Assembly: GCA_013239625.1 (NCBI GenBank)
Contig: MU056000.1
Location: 12,847,175 to 12,911,174 of the forward strand
DNA from: Lama guanicoe
Lineage: Eukaryota
Direction: 5' to 3'
DNA: 64,000 nucleotides
This document shows, piece after piece, positions 50,466 to 62,747 of this stretch. Every line of letters begins with the position of its first letter. Within the stretch, counting starts at the first letter, position 1. Made by a program: the position numbers and the translations under genes. The notes under the pieces were generated by a model. The model was not told the DNA's origin. It did not search any database and saw only the letters and a list, made by a program, of their open reading frames with translations.

Positions 50466-52989
50466 GAACAAAACAATTAGGCTACACTTAAGGACAGTTC
50501 CAGGTTTTGTAAAAAGTAAAAGTGAGAGAAATTTGAGGTCCACTTATTCAGAAAAGAGACTACAAAACTAAAAACACTGAATTAGATATGTCACAGCACC
50601 TTTGACCTCTGGAGCTGTACTTTCGGGTCATAATTCTGGGTAATTTGGTAGAGTGAGCAGTAAGAGTATTGCAGGAAATCATGCTGGCATGACCACAATT
50701 ACTTAGACATACTCAGGAGTATCTGAAAACCACCTGCATATGCTCCACTAAACTTTGAATGATTATATACCTTATTGCGTCCTGGACGATACTTGTTCTC
50801 ATGGATATTTCTAATGAGTTTATTAATTCTGTCCACTTTAATGATTAACTACCTCTGAATCTGAATAAACTAAGCAATCATCCCAACTAAGACTGAACCG
50901 AACCAACCGTAATTCCAACCTTAGCTAGGGAGAAAATTCCTTCCATCTGTAATGAATATATTACTAATCATAACTTGTGTTAACTTCAAGTTACTTAAAA
51001 ATACTTTCTTTAGTACTTTAAATTCTTAAAAATATGTTGAATTTCTACAGAAAGATTAAAGAACAGTGATGAGTTTATTTCTGAATTTAACAGAGCAATT
51101 ATAAATAGTTAAATCTAGAAATAAAAAGGAAAAGAAAAAGCACACAACAATAAAAACAAAAGGAGAAAGGATACATCTTCAGTCATCACTTCACACACTT
51201 TTAATAGTGGCAGCCATGGGGGAAAAAAACCCCCAAAACCCAGAACATTCAAGTATTTTATGGTACAACTTCTCATCCCGTCTCCACCTCCCAGAGGTGA
51301 TAGAAGATAAAGTTAGTGAATTAAATTTCATACTGTTTCCTAAACCTTCTGTTTGAACAGAGGCAAGTCGCAGAGTGAAAGAGCCAGGGGACTAGCCTAG
51401 TGGCAATTGCTGGAGAACAAGTTTATAATCAGCATCGACATCCTTCAAGAGAAAAGAGGACTGCCAGGGGATCATAGCTTTCCAGGGCTTCCTACTGATT
51501 TGCAGGAACAATTTGAGGTCCAAATATAGTCTAACATGGGAGAAACAAAACTTTAACCAGGAGGAATGAGCATAGTTCACAAAATTTCAGAGTTGAATGT
51601 GTACCCAATATTCCATGAAGGCTGACAGCTACCCAACTCAGCCATCCACTCTTTTTCCTCCTCGCATTGTACACTGGGGATTCAAATTGAGACAATCTCC
51701 TGAAACCAATCACAGTCTCTAGCTCAAAGCATAAGACAAGTAGGTTACATATTATGTAAGAAGTATGTCAAAGCTACTTCACATGTGTGGCGTATGAGAA
51801 CAATGTTCATGTGAATGATGCTTGAAATAGCCATGACTGTGCCACTGGATTACAACTATAGCAAAGCAAAACAGAAAGGAAAGAAAGCATATGGAAGGGA
51901 GGTAGAGAATCTCGTCTCTAAAAATTAGTTTAAAAATTAAACTCCAACCATTAAAATGGAGGCATGGTTTTTAAAGGGTTCTTAATACAGCAATCTAAAG
52001 CTTGATTTTCGTGAGAAAGGACTCTAAACACATTGAGGGATTTTTTTTTTGGCCCATATGTAACTTCACTTTTCAAAGTATTACATATATAATACAAAAT
52101 CCAGATTTATGAGTTGTGAACATTATTGACTTTTTTGATGTTAGGTAAGGGTTTTAAAACTTAAACTACTCTCCTTTCTCCTAATAAATTTATATGCCCA
52201 TTTAATGTTAAAATATTGCTCAAAATGTTCATTATTATTATAATAGGTGAAAGCAGTATGATTGTATATTTTCTTTCCTTTAGGACTTTATGTTATGAAA
52301 CCTTTCAATTTCCTTCAATCTTTGGATAAGTCTTTCTACCCTTTCTGTCACCCCCACTGTAATTTGATTCTCAAAAAAAAAAATTCCAATAACTTGTCTG
52401 GCAATATATCTGATCCTTTTTATTGCCTGGCAATATCTTCCCATATAACCTTTATCTCCATGCTTTGATTGTGTGTTAGTGCTGACTGCTTTCAAGGCAT
52501 GCTACCAGGATGCCGTTCTGGAAATTCTCTTCATTTTTTTTCTCATGTTATATTCCCAGTTTCTCTGATTCTATTTATTACTTCTTAATTTTAAGGATGC
52601 TCCTTCTATAGGTTGTTTAAAAATTGTATAGGCTTTAATTCTCTTAGAGGTAGGTCAAAATAAATGGGGGAAAAGTGCTGTTTAAAACACACATATCTCC
52701 TCTGAGGATTCTGGGAAGTGAAGGAGATATTCAAAGAAAATATCTGATTAGCTAACTCTTAGGAAAACAGAAGTAAACATGCTGCTTTTTATTGTTTATA
52801 AAAATTAGTTACATAGATTTATAGTGATATACATTACACTATAAATTATATGAATTGTGCAATTATTTAGAAGTACAACTAGTGTGAACTATTTAGGCTT
52901 AAATTGAACCCTAAGAGAAAACTTCCAAACAACAGTGACCTAAACATAGAAGATTATTTCTTTCTCCTTCAATACATTTACCTTAGCCC

Positions 52990-54520
52990 TATATCAAATA
53001 GATAATAGACACACACAGAAAATTAAATTAATACAGAAACAACTGACTATGCTATGTTAATTTTACACCTTTGTTAGAATATAATCAAAGGGCAAAAAGA
53101 ATGGCAAGGAATTCTTGAACAATTAATAGGCTTGAGATGTTGGTGGTATTTATGCAGAAATTACAAAAGAAGCTTGTGTATGATGTAGTTGGGGAAAATG
53201 AATACACATTTTGATGTTTGAAGTCAGGGCTCTTGCTGTGGGAGAAGGATGTGTAAATAGAGTGGATGAAGTTGAAGAAACCCATGGTGTTGGATTTCAG
53301 TTGGAGAGATCAGTGTGAATGCATGGATTTTAGAGCAACATATTTCTCATCTCCAGAGCCTGTAAGCAGTAACCACTGTAGCAACCACATAATCAGATCT
53401 AGACAAGAGTGAGTTTTCTGAACTCCTGGTGCCACTAACAGGATCCAGTCACCTTAGAGAAGCACTGGATTCCACATATAGGACAAATAAATAATGAGGT
53501 GTGCCCAGGATATCTTGTCATACCAGAAAACAAGAGATGTTCAAAGAATGATGGGGGCATATTAAAAACAACAATGACAACAACAACACAGACTTAGTTT
53601 GAATGTGCTTCCACACTGAGCATCTAACTTGAGCATCAAAAAGAATAATGATGGTAAATGAATTTTAACACATTAAATAACAAAGAATCCATACATTCTA
53701 TATGTTAATCAAAGAGGGAGGTTGGTGAGAAGAGAAAGCTAGTTAATGTAGGTAGAAGGAATAATGTTTGTTTTTACTTACCATCTTGCAAACACCTTTG
53801 TATTAATTAATTCAGGCAGGGTTCATCAGTGGATGCTAAAATTGGGTGATCATTGGGTGAAAATTTGATGAAGAACAGGATATTCATAGAGCCTGAAAAT
53901 GTCACCTTACAGATTATTTAATAACTCCAAAGTGAAAGAGACCTCTGCAAAAATGAAATTTGGCAGATCAAATTTGTCACCAACTCAGCATCAAAATATG
54001 TGACTTGTTGACACCTATGCCTCACAGAGTGAAGCAATGTGCAACAGGATGTTGAAGATTGTCACCCATGTGCAGCACACCAAAAACATTCAACCTTAGA
54101 TATTTTATGTGGAAAGATCCCAGAATGTGGGATAGTCTACAAGAAAGATTGCCTGAGCACTTGAAAATATCAGTGTCATGGAAAATAAAAATAAAGTGAG
54201 GCAATCTGTTCTAAATCAAAAGAGATTCGGCATAAAAACTAAATGTAATTTGTGCGGGAAAAAAGCTGAAAAGGAGAAATTTTGTGATCAATGAAAAAGT
54301 TTGATTGTGAGTTGTTTTAAACATAACACTACCTAAAATATTCAACACTTATTTGAAAACTTCTCTGAATACATATGAAATCTCTTGAGTGTGATGATGT
54401 GATGATTTAGAATAATGTTCCAGTTTAGGAGCTGTGTGCTAAAATATTTCGAGGTGAAATATCATGATATCTACCTCTTATTTTCAAATGTTTGATCAAA
54501 AAAATAGTGTGTATGTACAT
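52990..54520 (+). mobile_element. L1MC3/L1MC4-like 3' UTR
   Basis: aaacccatggtgttggatt...atcttgtcataccagaaaacaag...ttcatcagtggatgctaaa...gctaaaatatttcgaggtgaaatatcatgatatctac. Confidence 0.8.
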
Positions 54521-55000
54521 TTCTTCCTGCATTCAGCTTGGTAAATCATGTTTTTCAAGAAATTTATCTGTATTATCTAAGTTGTCAAATTTATAGTAAT
54601 TAATTAATTATAGTAATGAGCACACTATCCTATAAATTTAAAATAAATTTTTGGACTCACTATCCTCTTATCTTTTTAACAAAGAATCCCTAAGGAGATC
54701 CCATTTTTCATTCCTAATGCTGTTATTCTGTATTTTCTTTCTTTTTTCCTCTGTGATTAGTCTTACTAGTGGTTTATCAGTTTATTAATCATTTCAAAGG
54801 ACCAGTGTTTGGCTTTGTTTATTTTCTTTACATTATGTCTACTTTATACTTTGTTGATTTCTGCTTGTTAATTTAATTTCCTTCTTTCTAAGTTCTTTAG
54901 AGATAATTTGCTAGATTTTTGTGGTTTCTTGAAATAAAAGCATGTATCATTCAACTTTTCATCTTTTGTAATATATACACTTAAAGCTAAAAACTTCTCT
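54521..55000 (-). mobile_element. Old L1 ORF2 fragment
   Basis: ctaagttgtcaaattta...tttcattcctaat...gtggtttatcagtttattaatcatttcaaaggaccag. Confidence 0.75.
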
Positions 55001-55007
55001 CCATTAT

Positions 55008-55064
55008 TACTTTGTAAGCCAGTCTATGGTATTTTTGTTATAGCAGCCTGAATGTACCAAGATA
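55008..55064 (+). mobile_element. MaLR LTR 3' terminal fragment (MLT1A/MST-like)
   Basis: taagccagtctatggtatttttgttatagcagcctgaatg. Confidence 0.7.
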
Positions 55065-55869
55065 ATAAAACATGCTATTTTGATGACTGTTCTTGTAATA
55101 ATTATAGTATATAAATGTGCTACTTTAACACTATAATGTAGGAGGGTAGAGTAAACTCTTAAGAAACAAAATGATGAGAAACACCAATGTTTATTTTCCA
55201 TCGATAATATCTGATATTTAACAAACTGCATATTATGAAAAACAGAGTAATCACACGTATGATTCACAGAATTTTAAACATAGCACCATGTTTTGATTCT
55301 AACTTATAAGGGGTCTCCTTTTTAAGAAAAGAAAAACAAAAACCCAATAGTAGTGATAATTATATATTACATGTTAAATCATAATTTGAGCTTCTCGACA
55401 GTTTTGATTTCCCTAAGATGTCAATTACTGTAAATTCATAGTGTTTACACTCTGTTTTTTGTATGGAATAAATGTGTTTAGTGTAACTGTCATTTTGATA
55501 ATTATAGATCTTAAAAGATTGAGTTAGCTTCTGGGTATTTAAAATTCTGTGAATGCATACCAATCTAAAAATTATCTCTGAATCTCTCAGAGTATGATAA
55601 AATTAATGTCTTGTATGCACATCCAAAGTAACCAAGAAGATAACCAAACAAACATTTGAACCTAACTGGAGATTAATTTGAAAATTACTCACAAGTGCTG
55701 ATGCAGACCCAGTGGAAATTTTGCCATTAGAATATAAAGACAGCTGGGTCCAGGCAGCAATGTGAACCTCTTGGGATTATAAGGAGGCTACAAGGTGAGA
55801 TAAACACTTACCTACTCATTGTCTGCCTTCCTTTTCTAGCCATACTAGTTTGCACAGAACCCAGGCAAG

Positions 55870-56325
55870 GCAAGCCAAGCTGATTATGTGAAATCTGTTA
55901 AAGGATGTGTATTAGGGAATGACTCTGATCTACCTGAGAGGGAAATTATAGTTCTCATTTCTTCTGTGTATTTGGTAGTTGGAAATTGTAAGTGACTTTT
56001 CTTTCTGGAAGCATATAAACATGAAGGGCAGATCACAGAGTAATGTTGTCAACCGCCTACAGAGAGGGGCGACTGCTAGGAGCTGATCTCCAGGCCTAAA
56101 TTCACAAGAAACTGCTTTGTGCTGACAATCTAAATGAGCTCGGAAGAGGAATCCCAGGCTGAGTTGAAATTCCAGTCCCATTCAAGGCTGGGATTTGAGA
56201 CTTGGGAGACCCTGAGCAGAGAAACCATCTTCTGATCCATGGAAATTGCAACATAATCAATTTGTATTAACTTAAGGCACTGAGTTTGTGGTGATTTGTT
56301 ACACAGTGATAGAAAATGAGTGAAG
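55870..56325 (+). mobile_element. MLT1 (E-like) LTR
   Basis: ctaggagctg...tgctgacaatctaaatgagctcggaagagga...gagaccctgagcagagaa...actgagtttgtggtgatttgttacacag. Confidence 0.75.
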
Positions 56326-56334
56326 CAACTACAA

Positions 56335-56490
56335 ACTTTTGCCATATATTTCCTAGTACACTTGTATCTCTAGGATATATATGGAAGCTGTGTTCGCTGG
56401 GTTGTAGGTTGTATGTGTCTTAACTTTGCAAGATATTGATAAATGGCTCCTGTAGGGATTAATCCTCTTTACAACCAACTGTGTATAAAA
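56335..56490 (-). mobile_element. Old L1 fragment
   Basis: tctctaggatatatatggaag...gctgggttgtagg...ttaactttgcaagatattg. Confidence 0.55.
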
Positions 56491-57294
56491 TAGCAGCTGA
56501 CTTTCTCAGGTAAAAAACTATTTATCAAATTACCCATCTTGTAACCAAGACTCTTCTCTGATACTTCATTTTTCTGGGAAAGCCCTTGACTAACATAGTC
56601 ACATATCATAATAGAATACCATTAACACATTTTTTTTCTTAAGAATTCATATTGTGGCTTTACCTCTCACATTGCAGAGTATAATAATCACATTCTCAAA
56701 GTCATAAATATTACTAAAATAGTATTTAAGGATGCTAATTTTAATATGTAACTACTGTTTTTTTTCCCTAAAAGACAGCAGCCTTATTGGCTTATGTAAA
56801 ATACACTGAAAAATAGTACACTGCAATGCCTGTGTCTAGAGTGTCCTCCAAAGTTTTGAACAATGCTGAAATAATCAAAGATCCTTTATACACATTAGAG
56901 GCAGGCACAAAAGAAAGGTCACTAATTTTGCTTCTGCAGATCTATATTTGAACGTGTTGCTAAGCAATGGAAGAAAATCACAACCCTGAAGCTTTAGATT
57001 GCTTTTTTCCAACATCCATTGTTAAAGAAACAAACAAGCAAACAAACAAACAAACTCCCTCCCAAGACAAATATATGCAGTGATATAATTTTGCATATGT
57101 TTTTGGAATGTTGTTCAACACTAACACTCAGACAATAAAAAATTAATTTCTCACAGTTAGAAAATATTCTTTGGCTTTTCTTGTGAAACAATTTCAGATT
57201 TTTATTTATCATCTTATTTGGAACAAGATAGTTTTCTTCTGAAAGTCCCAAATAATGTTCAATAGCCTCTTTGATATTTATAGTTTTAACATTT

Positions 57295-57367
57295 GGTACT
57301 TTTGGGTTTATTTATTCATTTATTTATAATGGAGTTACCAAGACCTCGTGCATGCTAAGCATGCACT
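57295..57367 (-). mobile_element. Truncated, internally deleted vic-1-like SINE
   Basis: ggtttatttattcatttattt...atggag...ccaagacctcgtgcatgctaagcatgcact; A box missing. Confidence 0.75.
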
Positions 57368-58029
57368 TGGGGCTTTTAATTCCTCACTTAATACTAGTGA
57401 CATTGTTGATTTTCTGTATTCCTTCATAATTTTGCTGGATAGATATATGAGGGTGTGCTTGGCTGACCACGCAGCATATTTGTCGCACATGCCGCATTTT
57501 CTCCAAATAAGCTTTTTTTCTCTGTGAAACAGAAGAAAAAGTTCTTTATTTCTTTGTGAAATTACCACCCCTCACCTCCACACTCACACATTATTTCAAG
57601 TCTAGTGATGGAAAAAGCAATTAGGACTTGGTTTAAAACATTTCTAATAATAATAATAGTAATAATAAAATCCTGGGTGATGGCCAGCTTTGAGATTGCA
57701 GGCCCTCTGCGTGTCTTCAGAAAGCAACCCCTTTGACTGTCTTGCATCTCCTTTTGACATTCTGTGCCGTTCATCATGACTTCCGTAGGCAAGGATCAGA
57801 TCTGATGGGACTTTTTTTTTTTTTTAAATTAAGGTGTTGGATAGGTATTAAACATTCTACAAGAAACACAATTCAGAAGGAAGAAAGAGCCTATGAAAGG
57901 TCCTTCAGGCCTTCATGGGTCTCTCTCTCTCTAAAAATGGGGACTTTCTGTACAGTTTTTCATCTGCTGTGAACCTGCCTTCTTATTGGAACTGTTTTCC
58001 TGTCTTTTGTTTTAGGCTTTCCTCAATCC

Positions 58030-58268
58030 CTCCACTTGTGCCTAAACCGGGGTCGCCTGCCATGCATCTCCATAATACCATGCATTTCCATAATACCCAG
58101 TGCATCCTTTTCTGTACATCATCACATTATGCTCTGACTGAATATTTAGCCCAATCTCTGCCCCTAAACTGCATATTTCAACATGGCAAAGTCCTTATTG
58201 ATCCACTATCAGTGACATTGTTAGGTATTCACACAGTGCCTGGAATATAGTGGGACTTACTAATTGAA
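58030..58268 (+). mobile_element. L2 3' end containing an 18-bp tandem duplication (58060-58095)
   Basis: ...cacacagtgcctggaatatagtgggacttactaattgaa; ccatgcat(c/t)tccataata occurs twice. Confidence 0.65.
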
Positions 58269-58284
58269 AACCCAAGCAATATTA

Positions 58285-58640
58285 GTTTGGCAATTAAGAG
58301 CACGTATTCTGGAGCCACACTACTTGGGTCAGAGTCCAAATTCTAATACTGATAAACCGTATTCACCTCCAAGATCTCCACATAGGACAACACATCTTAT
58401 ATGCTGCTCAAAACTATGGGGCACCCTTCACATAAACTACAATATAAATGGTCAAACCTGGGGTCTTCATTGCTGATGGCCTTGGGTAAGTTATTTCATC
58501 TCCACTGGTCTTGGTTTTTTCATCTTTAAATTAGGATAATTATTGTTCCTACTTCAAAGAGTAATGGAGATGAAAAGAGTTAACGTAAGTTAAATACCAA
58601 GAATATTGCCTTCTATAGAGTAAGAGCTTACAACTGTGAA
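58285..58640 (+). mobile_element. MIR, interrupted by a MER91-like insert
   Basis: ttaagagcacgtattctggagccacactacttgggt...ccttgggtaagttattt...catctttaaattaggataat. Confidence 0.8.
58380..58470. mobile_element. MER91-like hAT-Tip100 fragment
   Basis: ggcacccttcacataaactacaatataaatgg resembles the MER91 core. Confidence 0.5.
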
Positions 58641-59060
58641 ATATTTTTATCTTCTTCTTATAATTATTATTAAATGAGATGTGAAGCAGTCAGAACGCTT
58701 GCCTGACATTCCATTAAGTGACTAAATCATTTACTATTTCATTACATTTTAAGGAGTAATCATTAGGTTTGTGTCCATTTATTACCTTTACAATTATTGC
58801 AAAATAAAAAAATATTTTTCGACTTGTCTCCATGAGCGCTCATCTCTAGGACAGATACCTAGAAGTTGAATCTGTGGGTCCAAAGATATGCACATGTTCA
58901 GCCTAAACGGATGGAGACTAATTGCTTTCTGTGGGGTCGCCATATCAGCTAACACTCCTACCAACATGCTCGTTGTGTTTATGTTCCTGTTTCTCACATC
59001 TTTGTCAATACTTGATGTAATCTTGGCCAAGCTGATAGGTGGGAAATATTTCATTGGTCC

Positions 59061-59255
59061 TGTACTGGTTTTCTATTGCTGCCATAACAAATTACCACAA
59101 ATCTAGTGGCTTAAAATAACAACCTTGTATCATCTCACAGTTCTGTAGATCAGAAGTCTGGGAACAGAGTGGCTCAGCTAGTCCTGTGTTTAGAATCTCA
59201 CAAGGGAAGAACCGAGGTGATTGCAGGTCTGTTTTCTTTCTAGATTCTCTGGATG
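59061..59255 (-). mobile_element. MLT1 (D/E-like) LTR, partial
   Basis: tgtactggttttctattgctgccataacaaattaccacaaatctagtggcttaaaataac...ctcacagttctgtagatcagaagtc. Confidence 0.85.
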
Positions 59256-60073
59256 TACCTACCTGATCCTGTTGAGAATTAGCATGTTTTCTATGTTAAT
59301 TGCTCATATTGGTTTCGTATGGTTTGAGTTGCCTATTCATGTTCTTTTCCCCCATTCTTATTGGGTCATTTATATGTTCTTATTATTTGTTGTGACTTAT
59401 TATATATAGTGACTAAAATATTTATAAGCTATGTGCATTGGAGTATTTTTAACTTATAGCTTAATTTTTAAATGAGTTTATGATGTCTTAAAATAGTCAA
59501 AACTTCCAAATTTTAGTGTGGTCAAATTTAGCAATAACTTTTACCTAATGTCATAAGGACATTCATCTGTATTATCTTCTAAAATTTTTCTGCTTCCTCT
59601 TTTCCCTTCTTCTTATTCTTTATTGTGTTTTAAATGATATGAAATTGATTTTAATGAATGGAGCATTAGATATAGGTAATAATTTTATATTTAAAAAGTT
59701 GTCACAATACTATTTAATAGTACCAATGTTTCTTCTGGTATGATGTCAAATTACCATATACAAAGTTTCCATGTATTTCTGAATCTTGACTCACTGCTTT
59801 ATGGCTAACATCATAATAATATGTAATTATTAACTATAGAAAGTCTTTCCTTTCTAATCTTCAGTTTTCCTTGGTTATTCTTTCCATCTTTGCTCATTCT
59901 TGTAAATTTTAGGGTCAGTTGGCTAAGCTTTGTGAAGAACTCCAGGAATTTTAAATACTGGCCCTGCATTTGTAGTTTATATTACCAAGAACGATCCTCT
60001 TTGTAATCCTAACTTCCTTTCATTAAAAAACATTGTTTTCCTTGAAGGTTTTCTTTTATATTTTTTTGGCAGT

Positions 60074-60413
60074 TGCTGTGATCTCAATGTTTGTGTCTTC
60101 TCCAAATAGGTTAAGATCCTAACCTACCCAAGGTGAAACTATTAGGAAGCCTTTGGGGGTGATTAGATGTTAAGGTGGTCTCATGCATGGGATTAGCTCT
60201 CTTCTAACAGAGATCCCACAGTGCTCCCTAGTCCCTTCTGCCATGTGAGAACACAAAGACAAGTGTGCGATGTGGAAGAGGGCCCTCACTCAACCAGGCT
60301 GGCACCCTGATCTCAGACTTCCAGCCTCCAGAACTGTGAGAAATTGATTTCTATTGTTTATAAGCCACCTTGTCTATGGCATTTTGTCACAGCAGCCCAA
60401 AGAAGCTAAGACA
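60074..60413 (+). mobile_element. MLT1A-type MaLR solo LTR
   Basis: tgctgtgatctcaatgtttgtgtc...gctggcaccctgatctcagacttccagcctccagaactgtgagaaat...ctaagaca; TG...CA termini. Confidence 0.93.
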
Positions 60414-61574
60414 ATAACTATTATACTTTTTCCCTAAAGGTGTTTTTTGTTGTTGTTGTTATTATTTGTTAGACTAAATTCATGAAGCTTATGGCTTTTA
60501 TTGTTCATCTTATTGATATTATATTTTTAATTACATTATCAAAATATTGTTGGCTGTGTATGGGAATGTTATTGACTTTGTACATTGATCTCTCTCAGGC
60601 ACACTTTCTAAATTCTTTTACTTTTAATAGATTCTCTTCAATATTCTGTGTAGACAAAAATAGTAATTGTGGATATTTATAATTTTGTTTCTTTCAAGCC
60701 TTTATGCTTTTATCTATTTGTCTTGTCTTACTGTACTACCTCAGACTCGTAAGATTACGAAGAGGAAGGATGATGATTGTCATTCTTGTTTTCTTTATTC
60801 TTAAGTTTCATAAAAAATTTTGACATGTGTGTTTGATATACGCCCTTTGCCAAATTTAAAATTTTCCTCATATTCTTATTTTACTCAGAGTTTGAAATTA
60901 TGTCTGTGTATTTGATTTTATCATATTCTTTATGATTATTGTATCTGATTCATTTTTATTTTTGTATTTCTCTTTTAATTGATCAAGATTATAAATTACA
61001 TTAATGTTTTACTAATGCAAAAATATTCTTTCACTCCTGTGATTAAACAAACATTTAAAAACCCAATTAAAAATGCATTGCTGAATTTAATTTGCTCATA
61101 TTTTATTAATGGATAACGTCTTTGCTCATAAGTGAAATTGGCTGAAATTTTCTTGTAGCATCTTTGGTTTGAATGCTTCATTAAATTAATTAAAGAAATA
61201 AAGACATTCTTTTTCTGTATCCAGGAATAGTTTGCACATAAATTAAATACTAACATTTTTGTGAACATTTCATAGAACATATCTTTTGAACTGAATATTA
61301 TACTATTGAATTGTTTAATATTTCTATTTCCTTAATGGTTTTAAATGCATTGACATTTTCTGTTTCTTCTTGAATCAATTTTGATTTTTTTAGGAACTTA
61401 TCAATTTGTTATAAGCTTTCATTATGTATGAAATACTGACCTAGATTTCTTTTCAATTTTATTTTTTGTGCCTTTTCCGTTATTTTCTTAAGCCTCTTAC
61501 ATTGTATGTCTCGTATTTTTTCACATTTCTTTAATGTATTCTGTATTCTTTTAAAGATTTTTTAATGTCTCATG

Positions 61575-62290
61575 GTGTCAACTACAACCTTATCCCTAAG
61601 GAATTTGAATCCTGATCACATGTCCTCCTGAGGCTGTGGTTACTGTACCTGTTCATTTACAGTCACAGATAGACAAGGCTGTTTAAACCAAGTCACCTGG
61701 TTCTAAATGTTTTCCTCCCTGCCTCCATCGAATATAGTCTCCTCCCAGTGATGAAGATTAGTTGGCCCTGGCAAGATAACAACTCCTTTCTTGCCTGCTG
61801 GTCCCTGAACATAAGGAGCTTAAGATGCCCAGGTGGCAGCTATAGTTTTTAATAAATGGGACTTTTGTTGTGTATCTCTGTCCCATACAGTAACAGGATC
61901 CAAGCACTGTGTGACTGGGAAGCACACATTCCTTCAGCAATGGTAAGTGTGCACAGACGGTGAGTGTGGCCACTCTTACATATACCCATTGGTTTGTGGA
62001 CTTGTGAGTTCTTCCTCTTGGGGAGACAATGCCATACAGAGATTTCTGACTGAGTGCACACAGTCCTTCCTGAAGAATGGTGCCCTATCCTTATAAAGTA
62101 TTGCCTTCTGCTGGCATATCAGCTGCCAACTGGTTGCCAAGTGGCTGGTTGGTCTCCTTGAAGTATGGCGCTATAACAACGGGGACTCAGCTTTGGTCTC
62201 TGTGACTGGCAGGTTGGTTTTTCAGCAGGGACAGTGCAGGATCAGCTTTCGTAAGTTCAAGTCCATGGTGTTTGTTCAGTAAATTCCAAA
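61575..62290 (-). mobile_element. ERVL internal relic (integrase 3' region and dUTPase), degenerate
   Basis: Minus strand 61741-61848 reads KL*LPPGHLKLLMFRDQQARK, then after a frameshift GVVILPGPTNLHHWE; resembles ERVL dUTPase. Confidence 0.75.
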
Positions 62291-62571
62291 CTGGCCATTC
62301 CCTCTCCAAGTCATCCCCATGCAGCCAAAGTATACATAATCTCATATTTGGAGTTTTGAGGCTCATTAAAGATTTTCAGCATTTCTAAGAAATTACTGGA
62401 GAAATTATCATATTATATCCATTTCATTTTAATCTGAATAATCTGATTTTATTAGATGAGCATTGCATTTTAATAAGAACAAAAAGCTTTTAAACACAGC
62501 ACAGAATGGAAATAACTTGTGCATTGTAATTTGCTACAACCCCTGACAGAGTAAGGCAGTATTCTACAGAA

Positions 62572-62747
62572 CAGTGGTCCTTACATGTCTGTTGCATCCG
62601 AATCACCAGCAAGGCTTATTAAATTACAGATGCCTGGGGCCCATCCCCAGTTTCTGATTTAGCAGGTGTGGAGTTGGGCTGAGATTTGCATTTCTAGTAA
62701 GTTCCCAGTGATGCTAATTCTGCTGGTCTACACTTTAAGAACCACTG
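62572..62747. mobile_element. MER5A hAT-Charlie DNA transposon
   Basis: TIRs cagtggtcct ... agaaccactg. Body gaatcacc...tttctgatttagcagg...gagatttgcatttctagtaagttcccagtgatgcta. Confidence 0.9.

Larger units (their letters stand above)
58780..61560 (-). mobile_element. Old L1 (L1ME-like) ORF2 region, interrupted by two MLT1 LTRs
   Basis: ctctaggacagatacctagaagttgaat...tgtaaattttagggtcagtt...atgttattgactttgtacattgatc...tgctgaatttaatttgctcatattt. Confidence 0.8.

Noticed and set aside
56056..56075. CTCF-like cctacagagaggggcgac in MLT1
   Set aside because: Core positions do not align with the CCASYAGRKGGC consensus.
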